DNA of 64,000 nucleotides from a bacterium (GTDB lineage Bacteria; Electryoneota; Electryoneia; Electryoneales; Electryoneaceae): NCBI GenBank assembly GCA_020444425.1, contig JAHLLB010000001.1, positions 266,938 to 330,937 of the forward strand, read 5' to 3'. Shown piece by piece: positions 9,126 to 19,899 of this stretch (position 1 is its first letter; each line of letters starts with the position of its first letter). The notes under the pieces were generated by a model. It saw only the letters and a program-made list of their open reading frames with translations, ran no database searches and was not told where the DNA came from. The position numbers and the translations under genes were made by a program.

Positions 9126-11471
9126 TCACCTCACAAGCATCAGCTTTCGGATCGTATCCAATTGACCTGGCACAGCCGCCCGCACGAAGTACAACCCGCT
9201 GGCCAACTGCGACGCGTCGAAGCTGAATTGATGCGTTCCGGCGCCGACCGAACCGTTCGCCAGCTCCGCGACCTGCTGCCCGGCGATGTTGTAGACCGTC
9301 ACACTGAGATCCGACGTTTCGGGCAGCGTGACGGTGATGGTGGTTGCGGCGTTGAACGGGTTCGGTATAATCCCGCTGATCTCATAGTTCAGTGCGGGGT
9401 CAGCTGAAATCGTGTGTTCGACAACTTGTGCATCCCCCATAGCGCCGACAGGACCGACGGTGACATTGTCGACCGCGAACTTCACGAAATGGTACTCGTC
9501 AAGACCCGGGCCGTGGTTTACATACCGTGCCCGGAAACTGAGCCACAGAGTATCGCCGTGGATCTGGTTACCGTTCAGAACCAGGGATTCAGTTCCCCCT
9601 CCTTCGTCCGCGTGCAACCTGATCCAGTACCACGGCCCCGACGGTCCGAAGGCATAGAACGAATCCCCCTCCCCGTTGTTGTATCGTTCCCACATACGCC
9701 AGTCATACCGAATCTCAACTTCACTCAGTCCGGAGATGTCAACCGGCGGGGAGGTCAAACGGCACCCCGGTGGGCCAGACTCACGCACAAACGGTGTTGG
9801 GAACACATCACCATCCGTGATCCAGTTCCATGTATTGGTTGCGCTGGTGTTGGCGACTGTCCAGGTACGGTGGAAGGTATCGTTGAAATCTTCGTATAGC
9901 CTGAAATCGGTGTCTGTCCAAAAGACTCCTGCCGGATTGCTCATGTTGACCTCATGGTTGTCGAACAGAGCCGCGATCCGGTAGTCGTAGTACCCCATTC
10001 CCGGCAACTGATCAACATAGCTGGTGTTGGTAACAGAGGTCAGGTACTGATTATTCCTGAAGATACGGTAGGTGACAAACTCGTCCAGCTCGCCGCCGAA
10101 ATGTGCAGGATCCGGTTCCCAATTCAGCTGAATGTTACCAGCTCCATCATGGGTGACGGCGATATCGGTCAATCGCGGCCAACTGACGTTGATCGTACGG
10201 ATTATCCGAGGCCGGTTGGTGAAGCGTGCGACAACCCGGTAGGTGTAGGTATCCATCGCCGGTAATTGATCGGTGAAAACGCGATTCTGTGTGCTGCCGA
10301 CGAACGTGCTGTCACGATAGACCCGGAATTCAATCAGATCGTTGCTTCCACCCGCCCAGTCCAGTGTTACCTCTCCGTCTTCCGCAAGATCGGCTGTCAG
10401 CGCATGAAGCGGCGGTTGTTCCATCCAACCGACGATACTGCCATCGAGAATGGCGACATCGAGACGTCCATCTCCGTTGAGATCACCGAAATCATGCAGG
10501 CAGTAGGACGAATAGATCGGGAAACTGCTGAAGGTACCATTGTTCGTATTCTTCCAGAAGTGGAGGCCGTTTCCACGCCAGATACCCGAAACGATATCGT
10601 TGTCTCCATCCTGATCAAGATCCACGATTTTCGCGGAATACGTGTAAAGCCTTGAGTTTTCTTTCAACACGTTCGGGAGCGAATACTGCATTGATCCCAG
10701 GTTCCTGTACCAGACCAGAATGTTGTGGTTTTCCACCCCGCCGACAGCGACCAGATCCGGATCGCCATCGCCGTCCAGATCCCCATTGATCAGCGCATCC
10801 CAATCGGGGGGATAGATGTCAAGCCCCTGCGATGTAAAGTTCTGTGCCCCATCGTTCTCAAACCACAGGGCTGGAGCATTATCGATCGCTGCGACAATGT
10901 CATTGTCGCCGTCCATGTCTGTGTCTGCAACATCTACCGAAACAGGTTCTATCTGCGCCAGTAAATGCTGCTCGAACTGAAGCCCACCCATGTTTTCATA
11001 CCAGATCAGCTCCTGATATCCACCAACCAGGTCCATGTCCCCGTCGAGATCCACATCGAAGACACCGATGATGGCATCACTGTCAACAGAGTTAATGACC
11101 TCTACGTCTGGTGACGGAGATCCATTATTTACAAGGATAGCGAGGGTTTGCGAACTGATAATCGCGGCCAGATCCTCGTCACCGTCATTATCAAAATCGG
11201 CGTTGTCACACCAGTACATGTTCTGGAGCAATCCGCCGTAGACAAACCAGCCCGTGCCCGTGTTCTTCCAGTACTGTGACTCGCCGATGGGCACACCCGC
11301 GTTGATCAGGTCGCTATCGCCGTCCTGGTCAAAATCGAGAACAACACAGTCCTTGTTGATACGGTATTCATGGTCAATGACATGCCGCTCCCACTCAGCC
11401 AGAGAAGCGCAGGGTAGAACCGTCAGATACAACGTAGCGAACAGGACCAGCAAGGTGACATGCGATTTCAT
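9126..11471 (-). CDS. FG-GAP repeat plus Fn3-like domain protein with T9SS C-terminal sorting domain
   Basis: ORF 9126..11525. The likely start is ATG at 11471 (MKSHVTLLVLFATLYLTVLPCASLA). FG-GAP motifs (DFDQDGDSDLIN, DFDNDGDEDLAA, DVDLDGDMDLVGG, DLDGDGDPDLVAV). Two Fn3-like modules (EVTLDWAG...YRVVARF; NIQLNWEPD...YDYRIAALF). C-terminal GLYFVRAAVPGQLDTIRKLMLVR. Confidence 0.75.
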   Translation of the reverse strand: MKSHVTLLVLFATLYLTVLPCASLAEWERHVIDHEYRINKDCVVLDFDQDGDSDLINAGVPIGESQYWKNTGTGWFVYGGLLQNMYWCDNADFDNDGDEDLAAIISSQTLAILVNNGSPSPDVEVINSVDSDAIIGVFDVDLDGDMDLVGGYQELIWYENMGGLQFEQHLLAQIEPVSVDVADTDMDGDNDIVAAIDNAPALWFENDGAQNFTSQGLDIYPPDWDALINGDLDGDGDPDLVAVGGVENHNILVWYRNLGSMQYSLPNVLKENSRLYTYSAKIVDLDQDGDNDIVSGIWRGNGLHFWKNTNNGTFSSFPIYSSYCLHDFGDLNGDGRLDVAILDGSIVGWMEQPPLHALTADLAEDGEVTLDWAGGSNDLIEFRVYRDSTFVGSTQNRVFTDQLPAMDTYTYRVVARFTNRPRIIRTINVSWPRLTDIAVTHDGAGNIQLNWEPDPAHFGGELDEFVTYRIFRNNQYLTSVTNTSYVDQLPGMGYYDYRIAALFDNHEVNMSNPAGVFWTDTDFRLYEDFNDTFHRTWTVANTSATNTWNWITDGDVFPTPFVRESGPPGCRLTSPPVDISGLSEVEIRYDWRMWERYNNGEGDSFYAFGPSGPWYWIRLHADEGGGTESLVLNGNQIHGDTLWLSFRARYVNHGPGLDEYHFVKFAVDNVTVGPVGAMGDAQVVEHTISADPALNYEISGIIPNPFNAATTITVTLPETSDLSVTVYNIAGQQVAELANGSVGAGTHQFSFDASQLASGLYFVRAAVPGQLDTIRKLMLVR

Positions 11472-11533
11472 GATTCCCCCTGAAGTGCTTTGATACAAAC
11501 ATGATACGTGCACGAAGGAAAACAAATCTTTCC

Positions 11534-14500
11534 TTATCTGACCAGCATCAGCTTCCGGATCTCGTGTGATTTACCCGGCACGAAAGCCCGCACGAAATAC
11601 AATCCGCTCGCCAACTGGGACGCATCAAAGGTGAAGCGGTGCGTTCCGGCGGAAACCGAACCGTTCGCCAGTTCCGCCACCTGCTGCCCGGCGATGTTGT
11701 AGACCGTCACGCTCAGCTCGGACGTCTCCGGCAGGTTGACGGTGATGGTCGTCGCGGCGTTGAACGGGTTCGGGTACACCGCGCTGATGGCGAATTCATG
11801 CGGGTGCTGGTTGACGGCGGCAACAGCTGCAATTTCCGTTGCTCCCTCACCGTTGGCAGCGAGGGTAATCAAATTTGCACCGTTCGAGGTCCACTCCCCC
11901 GCTCCCTGCACGGCTTCCCCGTTTCCGGCGATGACGGTGAACGGGAACGAGCCGGTTCCGGCGGCATGCTGCAGGTTCGGACCGGCGTTCAGGGTCCAGC
12001 GATAGTCCCCGGTTGGCGCGAAGGCCGGCACCTCCTGCGCGATGCCGTCCACGTTGATCTCCATCCCCGGTGTGAACAGGAACTGCACGCTGAACACCGG
12101 CCCGTACAGGTTGCCGTTGGGCAGGGTGGCCGTGGTCCAGACATAGCCCAGCGAGGGCTGTGTCGAGTTGACAGACAAGGTCAGATCGTAGTCAAACGAA
12201 TCGCCGCGCGGCACGATGGTCGGTGTGGATGTCGGGACCAGCTCGATCTGGATCGGATCGCTGGCGTGCGATTCGGACTGCGTCCACACCGTCAGCTGGT
12301 TCGTGATGGAGGCGGTTCCGGCGATATCGAGGCTGCCGTCCCCGTTGAGGTCGGACGCATACGCCCAGCTCGCGCCCTCGTAGCAGGTGTCCAGCCGGTA
12401 CTGGGCCCAGGTTGACCCGTCGCCGTCCACGTTCGCCCACCACGTGATGTCGTCAGCGTAGGTCGCTGAGCCATACAGGTCGAGGTCGCCATCGTTGTCA
12501 AGGTCGGCCACGTTGACACAGTTCGCGCCATCCAGCGCGATGTCCACGAATCCAGCGGTCCAGCTCGTTCCGGAACCGTCGGTGTTCTCCCACCACATCA
12601 CCTGATCGGCGAGGTTGAGCGTGCCGGCGACGTCGAGGTCGCCATCGTTGTCCAGGTCGCCCGCTACGACACCGAAAGCACCGTTAATTCCTGTGGCGAC
12701 GACGTGTTCGGTCCAGTTCAGGCCGGTGCCGGACGTGTTTTCCCACCAACTGATTTCATCCGCGAGATAGGCTGCAACGAGGACGTCCGCGTCGCCGTCG
12801 TTGTCCATGTCGGCGAGATCCAACGTGCGCGCGCCAGCGACGTTTACCGCGACGCTGTGTTCTGACCACGTGGAACCCGTTCCATTCACATTTTCCCACC
12901 ACGATACCCGTCCGGCGTCGTAGGCAACACCGGCGATATCGAGATCGCCATCTCCATCGATGTCCGCAACCTCGACCCCGGACGCGCCGTTGAACGAAGC
13001 ATCCACCACTCGCGTGATCCAGCCGGTACCGCTGCCGTTCATGTTCAACCAGCAGACAACCTGGTCACCCGAAGCCGCCGCGCCGATGACGTCCATATCG
13101 CCATCGTTGTCAATGTCTGCGGCGGTGACCGATTGCGGCCCGTCAAACTCGGTGTTTACCGGATGAGCGGACCAGTCCGATCCTGCGCCGTCCAGGTTTT
13201 CCCACCAGGTGATGTCGTCCGCTAAATTCGCGCAGGCGAGCAGGTCGTTGTCGCCGTCCCCGTCGATATCGGCGGCGTAGACGCAGGACGCGCGGCTGAA
13301 CGATTGCGTGACGGGCTGTGCCGTCCACTCCATCGGCTGGTCGGGCACGATATCCGGCTCGATGCCGCGCAGCACGAACTCCTCCAGCGGATCGTCGCTA
13401 CCCGGGATGGCGTCGAGGGCATACCACGTGCTCCACGGTCCGCCGAAGCCATAGTTGATGTGGATCTGGTTGATCGTGTTGCTGATGCGCCAGCCGTCGG
13501 TGACAATCGCGTGGCCGGTGATGTAGTGCCACATCGGGCGTTCAATGTTGATCTCAGCACACAGCATCGCGAACCAGTCCTCCTGGTTCTCAAAGTCGAT
13601 CCGGTACTCGAAATCCATCCCTTCTTTGTAATGGAAGAACTCCCGGAATGCGGTGCGGATGATGTCGACATTAGCTGTGGGAATGCCGGACCCGTCGAGA
13701 CCATAGTTCATTTCGAACGAGACACCGGTCTCATAGCACAACTCCGCGACGGCGGTCATTTCCTCGACGGTGTGTTGCCACGGCTGGCCGTAGGTTGGCA
13801 GGATATTATCCCAGTCGTATGGGTCGCTGAAATCTGCGCTTAGGGTCTGGTTCTCCCACTGATAGCTGTGTGACCCCTCGCCCGCCTGCGGCCATTGCCA
13901 GTAGTGCATGATCTGAGCCGCGGCGGTCGCCGCGCAGCCAACCCACGCGTATTCACGATCAATCACCGGGCAGAAGATGTTGAACGGCGGTCCCTGGTGC
14001 CAGAGACAGTCAAGCAGAACCTGACCGGGCGTGTACTCGTCCAGTTGATTCTCACCGAGCGACGAGATAAACGCCGTCGCGGACGGTTCGGTGAACACGT
14101 CCCACAACCGGCTGTAACGATCCACCGCCTCCATGTCGATGCCATCCCGTGCCATCGCATCACGATCCGGATACCGCTCGAGCACCTGTGCCTTCTGCCG
14201 CAGGATGGACAGCAGCCACGCGCCAGGGGATTCAGGATGGTCGAAGCTGAGCCTGCCGTGTTCGGCGTACGCTTTCACCGGTGGCAGCTCACGGAACGCC
14301 GGGATCAGCAGGTAGCCGTCCGGCTCTACCTCGACGTAGTAGCCGATGATCTCACCGTCCGCTTCCAGCATTCGTTCGAGCCGCACAGTGGCGTTCGCAC
14401 CGGCGTCCCATTCGCCCGTTGACGCCATAAACGTGACATGGTTCCGGGCGACACGTGTGGCTTGTTCCGGTGTGATGTTTCCGGCGAAACTCGAGCTGAA

Positions 14501-14545
14501 CACGAGGATCAGCAGGGATGCAGAGATGAACAGGATACGGCGCAT
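11534..14545 (-). CDS. Peptidase C10 (streptopain-like cysteine protease) with N-terminal propeptide/inhibitor-like domain, FG-GAP beta-propeller and T9SS C-terminal sorting domain
   Basis: 1003 aa. Signal peptide MRRILFISASLLILVFSSSFA. SpeB-propeptide-like N-terminus (ITPEQATRVARNHVTF...GYYVEVEPDGYLLIP). C10 catalytic region with Cys in VGCAATAAAQIMHYWQWP and His in GHAIVTDGWR. At least 7 DxDGDGDxD FG-GAP repeats. C-terminal GLYFVRAFVPGKSHEIRKLMLVR. Confidence 0.8.
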   Translation of the reverse strand: MRRILFISASLLILVFSSSFAGNITPEQATRVARNHVTFMASTGEWDAGANATVRLERMLEADGEIIGYYVEVEPDGYLLIPAFRELPPVKAYAEHGRLSFDHPESPGAWLLSILRQKAQVLERYPDRDAMARDGIDMEAVDRYSRLWDVFTEPSATAFISSLGENQLDEYTPGQVLLDCLWHQGPPFNIFCPVIDREYAWVGCAATAAAQIMHYWQWPQAGEGSHSYQWENQTLSADFSDPYDWDNILPTYGQPWQHTVEEMTAVAELCYETGVSFEMNYGLDGSGIPTANVDIIRTAFREFFHYKEGMDFEYRIDFENQEDWFAMLCAEINIERPMWHYITGHAIVTDGWRISNTINQIHINYGFGGPWSTWYALDAIPGSDDPLEEFVLRGIEPDIVPDQPMEWTAQPVTQSFSRASCVYAADIDGDGDNDLLACANLADDITWWENLDGAGSDWSAHPVNTEFDGPQSVTAADIDNDGDMDVIGAAASGDQVVCWLNMNGSGTGWITRVVDASFNGASGVEVADIDGDGDLDIAGVAYDAGRVSWWENVNGTGSTWSEHSVAVNVAGARTLDLADMDNDGDADVLVAAYLADEISWWENTSGTGLNWTEHVVATGINGAFGVVAGDLDNDGDLDVAGTLNLADQVMWWENTDGSGTSWTAGFVDIALDGANCVNVADLDNDGDLDLYGSATYADDITWWANVDGDGSTWAQYRLDTCYEGASWAYASDLNGDGSLDIAGTASITNQLTVWTQSESHASDPIQIELVPTSTPTIVPRGDSFDYDLTLSVNSTQPSLGYVWTTATLPNGNLYGPVFSVQFLFTPGMEINVDGIAQEVPAFAPTGDYRWTLNAGPNLQHAAGTGSFPFTVIAGNGEAVQGAGEWTSNGANLITLAANGEGATEIAAVAAVNQHPHEFAISAVYPNPFNAATTITVNLPETSELSVTVYNIAGQQVAELANGSVSAGTHRFTFDASQLASGLYFVRAFVPGKSHEIRKLMLVR

Positions 14546-14740
14546 GTTGGAACCTCATGACGGCATAATGCAATGACGAAGTAACTGTGGAATATAGGTG
14601 TTGCAGCACGTCCACCGAAGGCTTTCTCGAATTCCGAACAAGTTTCTACCGAGATTCGCAGGACTTGAGGCGAGGGTTTGGAGTCAAAAGGGACAGTCAC
14701 CCAACGCGTGAGAGTCCCCTGTTGCGTTCCACAATGTATG

Positions 14741-14915
14741 TCATCCTGAACGAAGTGAAGGATCAAATGTGTGTCATCCTGAACGAAGTGAAGGATCTCC
14801 ACATGATCCGCACGTGAATGTCGCGTCATTCTGAACGAAGTGAAGAAGATCGGGCTTATTTGACCGTTATCAAAGCTGGATATTCTTCATTCCACTTCGT
14901 TCCATTCAGAATGAC
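14741..14915. promoter_or_regulatory. Array of three direct ~24-bp repeats plus one inverted copy in the upstream region of the C10 peptidase gene 11534..14545
   Basis: Direct copies GTCATCCTGAACGAAGTGAAGGATC at 14741 and 14773, and GTCATTCTGAACGAAGTGAAGAAGATC at 14825. An inverted imperfect copy CTTCATTCCACTTCGTTCCATTCAGAATGAC lies at about 14885-14915. All sit 200-370 bp upstream of the 14545 start codon. Confidence 0.4.
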
Positions 14916-14971
14916 ACCCTCGCGCCAACAACCGGCAACCGAAAACCGTTTACCGTTTACCGACCACCGTC

Positions 14972-17953
14972 TCACCTCACCAGCATCAGCTTGCGGACCT
15001 GGTTCAGCTTTCCGGGCACCGTCGCGTTAACGAAGTACAGTCCGCTGGCGAACGGGGACGCGTCCCATGTGAACGCATGCAGTCCAGCTTCTCGCTGCCC
15101 ATGCGCCAACTCCACCACCTGCTGCCCGGCGATGTTGTACACCGTCAGGCTCAACTCAGACGCTTCCGGCAGGGAAACACTCAGCCGGGTGGTGGCGTTG
15201 AACGGGTTCGGGTAGGCCGAGCTGAGCGCATATTCACGGGGTAGCGTTTCGTCCGTGGCAATTTGCCTCTCGTCACCCTGAGTGACGGCGGAAAGCAGCG
15301 TTGCGCCGTTGCTGGCCCAGTCGTTGGCCCCGGCGGCATCCGTCCCGGTAGCGACGACGGTAAACGGGAAACTGTCCCACGCGACCGCGTTCTGCAGGTT
15401 CGGGCCGGCCTTGAAGTGCCACAGGTAGTCGCCGAGTGGCGCAAACATCGGTATCTCCTGCTGGATGCCGTCCACCGCGATGTTCAACCCCGGCGCAAAG
15501 AGGAACTGGACGCTGAACACGGGCCCGTACGACTGGCCATTCGGAAGCGTCGCCGTGGTCCAGACATAGCCGAACGCGGGTGCGGCGGTGTTAACGGTCA
15601 TCAGCAGGTCGTAGCTGAACATGCCGCCGCGCGGGACTTCCAGGCCGTAAGCTGACGGTGTCAAGTCAATCTCAATCGGTCCCGGTCCGTTGGGCGAACC
15701 GGACTGCAACCAGACCATGATCTGGTCGGCGTCGTACGCGGCGGCGGCAAGGTCGAGGTCGCCATCCACGTCCAGATCCGCAACATGCACGCACTGTGCT
15801 CCTCCGAACGACGACTCCACCCGATGCCGTACCCACTCAATGCCGAGAATTCCCGGCTGGTTTTCCCACCACGTCACGTCGTCCGCCAACATCGCCGTTC
15901 CGACCAGATCGAGGTCGCCATCGGCATCCACATCGGCAGCGAGTACGCTGGTGGCACCGTCGAAACTGTCATCGACCGTTTGCGCGATCCATGTGGAGCC
16001 GGTCCCGTCCACGTTTGCCCACCAGCGAATCTGGTCATCGCCGAATAACGCCGCGACGATGTCGTTGTCGCCGTCTCCGTCGATGTCGTCCGCGTAGACC
16101 GCGTACGCTCCATCCGCGCCGGTTTCGACCGTTTGACGGGTCCAGTTAAAGCCGTTTCCGTTGATGTTGTTCCACCATGTGATCTCGTTTTCGCCGTATG
16201 ACGCGGTGACCATGTCCTGGTCGCCATCACCGTCGATGTCTGCCGCGTACGCACCGCGCGGCGAGCCGTAGGACTCGGCGACGGTGTGACGGTCCCAAGA
16301 CAGCCCGTCGCCGTCCTCGTTCTCCCACCAGACGACTTCGTGGTCGTTGAAACTTGTCGCGTATACGTCTGTGTCGCCGTCGTCATCCATGTCCTGACCA
16401 CGGACAAAGATCGCGCCAAAGAAATCAGCTGAGATCATGTGTTCGGTCCATCCGCCGCCGGACCCGTCGTTTTCCCACCACGTGACATCATTGGCCACGA
16501 ATGCGGCGCCGAGCACATCCATGTCGCCGTCGCCATCGACATCTGCTGCTGAGACATCGCGGGCGCCGTTAAACGCAGACACTACCGTGTGTTCCGCCCA
16601 GACTGTGGCGTCACCATTCAGGTTTTCCAGCCAGACGATGCTGTCTTCGATGTAGCTGGACGCCAGCATGTCCTGATCGCCGTCGCCGTCCAGATCCGCG
16701 CTCCACACGCCCGACGCTGCGACATAGTCCTCGACAAGAAGTTGCGGCGCGTCCCACTGAACGGGTTCTTCACCCTGGATCAGCGGATAGATCTCACGGA
16801 TGGCGTATTGTTCGTTGGGATCGTCGCTGCCGGGAATAGCATCCAGCGCAAACCAGGCGTTGTTTGATCCACCCCAACCGTAATTGAAGTGGATGTAGTT
16901 CGTGGTGATTTCGACCCGCCAGCCGTCGCTGACAATGGCGTGCCCCTCGATACGGTAGATCAGCGGGCGTTCATGGTTCATTTCCTCCTGCAGCATCATG
17001 AACCAGTCGTTGGTGTCCGGGTAATTTGACCGGTATTGCACATTTGCGCTTTCACTGTAGCGGAAATAGGTTGGCAGCACCCAAGCGGCGTCTGCCGTGT
17101 GCGCGCCAGACCCGTTGATACCGTAATTCATCTCAAACGCGACACCGACTTCGTAACAGACCTCCGCGACGGCGTTGCTCTGCTCAGATGTATGCGTGCC
17201 GTTGTAGTTGTCGAGTACGTTCGCCCAGTCGTACTCGTCGCTGTAGTCGGCGTACAGCGTGATGTTGTTCCAGTTGTAGCTGTGTTCCCCCTCCCCGTAC
17301 GGCGGCCAGTCCCAGAAATTCATCACCTGCGCGGTCGCGGTCGCGACACAGCCGACGAGGCAATTCTCGTTGTTGATCACCGGGCAGTAGTTGCTGTACG
17401 GCTCGCTCTGGTGCCACGCAGAGGTCAGCATCGCGGTGCCGGGGGTGTAGTCGTCCAGCTGGTTCAGGGTGAGCTCGGTCAGGAAGGTTTGCGTGTCGGG
17501 TGTGGTGAATACATCCCACAGGTCAGCGTTGTGCGCAATCTCGGCGATGTCGATGCCGTCCGCCGCCATGTCGTCGAGGGTGCTGAAGCGGGCGAGCGTT
17601 TCGGCCTTGCCGGCGAGCACACCTTGCAGCAACGCGCCGAAACTCTCCGGGTGGTCGAAGCTGATTCGGCCTTGTTCGGCGTACGCCTTGACCGGCGGCA
17701 ATTCACGGAACGCCGGGACAAGCAGGTAGCCGTCCGGTGCGACCTCGAAGTAGTACCCGATCACCTCGTCGTTCTCGACCAGGGTTCGTTTCAGGTCGAT
17801 GGTCGCAGTTGCGGCACCGTCCCACGCATTGACCGACGCTTTGAACGCAATGAAATTCTCCGCGACGAGAGTGGCTTGTTGCTGATCGATGTTGCCCGCG
17901 AACGCGGATACCGTTACTAGACAGATCCCCAGGATGACGAGAGCGGTGCGCAT
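14972..17953 (-). CDS. Peptidase C10 (streptopain-like) paralog with propeptide-like domain, FG-GAP repeats and T9SS C-terminal sorting domain
   Basis: ORF 14972..18406. The likely start is ATG at 17953 ([34 protein letters not shown]). Same architecture as 11534..14545 ([18 protein letters not shown] Cys box; [10 protein letters not shown] His box; multiple DxDGDGD repeats). C-terminal [23 protein letters not shown]. Confidence 0.8.
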   Translation of the reverse strand: MRTALVILGICLVTVSAFAGNIDQQQATLVAENFIAFKASVNAWDGAATATIDLKRTLVENDEVIGYYFEVAPDGYLLVPAFRELPPVKAYAEQGRISFDHPESFGALLQGVLAGKAETLARFSTLDDMAADGIDIAEIAHNADLWDVFTTPDTQTFLTELTLNQLDDYTPGTAMLTSAWHQSEPYSNYCPVINNENCLVGCVATATAQVMNFWDWPPYGEGEHSYNWNNITLYADYSDEYDWANVLDNYNGTHTSEQSNAVAEVCYEVGVAFEMNYGINGSGAHTADAAWVLPTYFRYSESANVQYRSNYPDTNDWFMMLQEEMNHERPLIYRIEGHAIVSDGWRVEITTNYIHFNYGWGGSNNAWFALDAIPGSDDPNEQYAIREIYPLIQGEEPVQWDAPQLLVEDYVAASGVWSADLDGDGDQDMLASSYIEDSIVWLENLNGDATVWAEHTVVSAFNGARDVSAADVDGDGDMDVLGAAFVANDVTWWENDGSGGGWTEHMISADFFGAIFVRGQDMDDDGDTDVYATSFNDHEVVWWENEDGDGLSWDRHTVAESYGSPRGAYAADIDGDGDQDMVTASYGENEITWWNNINGNGFNWTRQTVETGADGAYAVYADDIDGDGDNDIVAALFGDDQIRWWANVDGTGSTWIAQTVDDSFDGATSVLAADVDADGDLDLVGTAMLADDVTWWENQPGILGIEWVRHRVESSFGGAQCVHVADLDVDGDLDLAAAAYDADQIMVWLQSGSPNGPGPIEIDLTPSAYGLEVPRGGMFSYDLLMTVNTAAPAFGYVWTTATLPNGQSYGPVFSVQFLFAPGLNIAVDGIQQEIPMFAPLGDYLWHFKAGPNLQNAVAWDSFPFTVVATGTDAAGANDWASNGATLLSAVTQGDERQIATDETLPREYALSSAYPNPFNATTRLSVSLPEASELSLTVYNIAGQQVVELAHGQREAGLHAFTWDASPFASGLYFVNATVPGKLNQVRKLMLVR

Positions 17954-18230
17954 GATTCTCCCCCTATTCCGCATGGTCCGTTGCCTGAATAATATGATAG
18001 GCGCAGTGGAATCGACGTCCAAGAGCAGTGCCGCTGTTTGTGATAAAAGTGTCTGCGCTGGAAAGCCCTCCAGAGACCCTGTTGACCCCTTGCGCAATTT
18101 TTCACTAAACTTGCCATCCCGCCGCAAGAGGTGCGACGAGTTCAAGTCTCCCCTTGCGGCGGATTCTCTATTTTGTGCACGTTTGTCGCAGTTAATATGG
18201 CCGGAACGGCTGGAAAACAGCGGATTTAGC

Positions 18231-19790
18231 ATGGCGAGCATCGAAGACAAACTCAAAGAATTGCACTCGCTTCGTGAACAGGCCCGGATGGGTGGCGGTG
18301 AAAAACGGATCGAGGCGCAGCACGGCAAAGGCAAATACACGGCGCGTGAACGTATCGAACGTCTCCTCGACGAAGGTTCGTTTGAAGAGTTCGATATGTT
18401 TGTCACGCACCGTCAAAGCGAATTCGGGCTGGACAAACAGCAGTACCTGAGCGACGGTGTTGTCACCGGGCATGGCACGATCAACGGCCGGCAGGTGCTG
18501 GTCTTCTCGCAGGATTTCACCGTTCTCGGCGGTTCGCTGGGCGAAATGTTCGCGAAGAAGATCGTCAAGATCATGGACTACGCGGTCAAGGTTGGCGCAC
18601 CAGTGATCGGCTTGAACGATTCCGGCGGCGCACGCATCCAGGAAGGAGTCTTGTCGCTGGGTGGGTACGCTGACATCTTCCTCAAGAACGTGATGGCGTC
18701 CGGCGTTGTCCCGCAGATCAGCGCGATTCTCGGCCCGTGTGCCGGCGGCGCGGTCTACTCCCCCGCCCTGACTGACTTCACGATCATGGCCAAGGGCATC
18801 AGCTACATGTTTGTCACCGGCCCGAAGGTAGTGAAGACGGTCACGCACGAAGACGTGACGGTCGAGGAGCTTGGTGGTGCGCAGGTACACGCAACCAAGT
18901 CCGGCGTGACGCACTTCGTCGCCGAGGATGAGGACGACACCTTCAACCTGATCCGCAAGCTGCTCACCTTCCTGCCGCAGAACAACATGGAAGAAACGCC
19001 GATCCTGTCATGTTCCGACCCGATCGATCGTCTCGAGGACGACCTCAACTACATCGTCCCGACCGATCCGAACATCCCGTACGACATGCGCAACGTGATC
19101 GAGCTCGTTGTCGATGACAGCGATTTCCTCGAGGTCCGGCGCCAGTGGGCTCCGAACCTGATCACCGGTTTCGGTCGTTTCAATGGGCGCGCAGTGGGCA
19201 TTGTCGCCAACCAGCCGAGTGTGTTGGCGGGTGTATTGGACAATAAGTCCAGCCGTAAGGGCGGAGCGTTTGTCCGTTTCTGCAACGCCTTCAACCTGCC
19301 GGTGGTGACCTTTGTCGATGTACCCGGCTTCATGCCCGGTACGGTGCAGGAATACGAAGGCATCATCCTCAACGGCGCGAAGTTGCTGTATGCGTACAGC
19401 GAATGCACCGTTCCGAAGGTGACCGTGATTACGCGCAAAGCCTACGGCGGCGCGTACGACGTCATGAGCTCAAAGCACCTGCGCGGTGACCTGAACTATG
19501 CGTGGCCGACGGCGGAAATCGCGGTGATGGGTCCGCAGGGTGCGGTGGAAGTGTTGTACAGCAAGGAACTGAGGGAGCTGGAAGGCGACGCGAGAGCGAA
19601 ATTCATTAAGGAGAAGGAAGATGAATACCGCAACAAGTTCGCCAATCCGTACAACGCCGCCAGAAACGGTTACATCGACGATGTGATCGAACCGCGCAAC
19701 ACGCGTTTCCGCATCATTCGCGGCCTCGAATCACTGGCCGGCAAGCGGGATTCCAACCCGCCGAAGAAGATCGGGCTGGTTCCATTGTGA
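18231..19790 (+). CDS. mmdA: Acyl-CoA carboxyltransferase (methylmalonyl-CoA decarboxylase alpha subunit / propionyl-CoA carboxylase beta family)
   Basis: ORF 17889..19790. The likely start is ATG at 18231 ([31 protein letters not shown]...). Carboxyltransferase hallmarks are [32 protein letters not shown] and [14 protein letters not shown]3-rich. Lies in an operon with gamma, biotin-carrier and beta subunits. Confidence 0.85.
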   Translation: MASIEDKLKELHSLREQARMGGGEKRIEAQHGKGKYTARERIERLLDEGSFEEFDMFVTHRQSEFGLDKQQYLSDGVVTGHGTINGRQVLVFSQDFTVLGGSLGEMFAKKIVKIMDYAVKVGAPVIGLNDSGGARIQEGVLSLGGYADIFLKNVMASGVVPQISAILGPCAGGAVYSPALTDFTIMAKGISYMFVTGPKVVKTVTHEDVTVEELGGAQVHATKSGVTHFVAEDEDDTFNLIRKLLTFLPQNNMEETPILSCSDPIDRLEDDLNYIVPTDPNIPYDMRNVIELVVDDSDFLEVRRQWAPNLITGFGRFNGRAVGIVANQPSVLAGVLDNKSSRKGGAFVRFCNAFNLPVVTFVDVPGFMPGTVQEYEGIILNGAKLLYAYSECTVPKVTVITRKAYGGAYDVMSSKHLRGDLNYAWPTAEIAVMGPQGAVEVLYSKELRELEGDARAKFIKEKEDEYRNKFANPYNAARNGYIDDVIEPRNTRFRIIRGLESLAGKRDSNPPKKIGLVPL

Positions 19791-19888
19791 GATATGAGAT
19801 TTGAGACTTGAGATGTGAGAAACTGCAAGGACATGAAGTTGTTATTTCTCATATCTCATATCTCATATCTCACATCCCAAATCTGAGG
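19788..19888. repeat. Inverted pair of heptamer-repeat arms forming a long imperfect hairpin between mmdA and the gamma subunit gene
   Basis: Left arm TGAGATATGAGATTTGAGACTTGAGATGTGAGAA. Right arm TTCTCATATCTCATATCTCATATCTCACATCCCAAATCTGAG, made of (ATCTCAT)n units. The arms are approximately reverse-complementary and separated by a 24-nt spacer. Confidence 0.7.
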
Positions 19889-19899
19889 TTCTACGACTC

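Noticed and set aside
17889-18230. 5' extension of the mmdA ORF
   Set aside because: Overlaps the start of the divergent C10 protease gene. Conserved carboxyltransferase N-terminus begins at ATG 18231 (MASIEDKL...).
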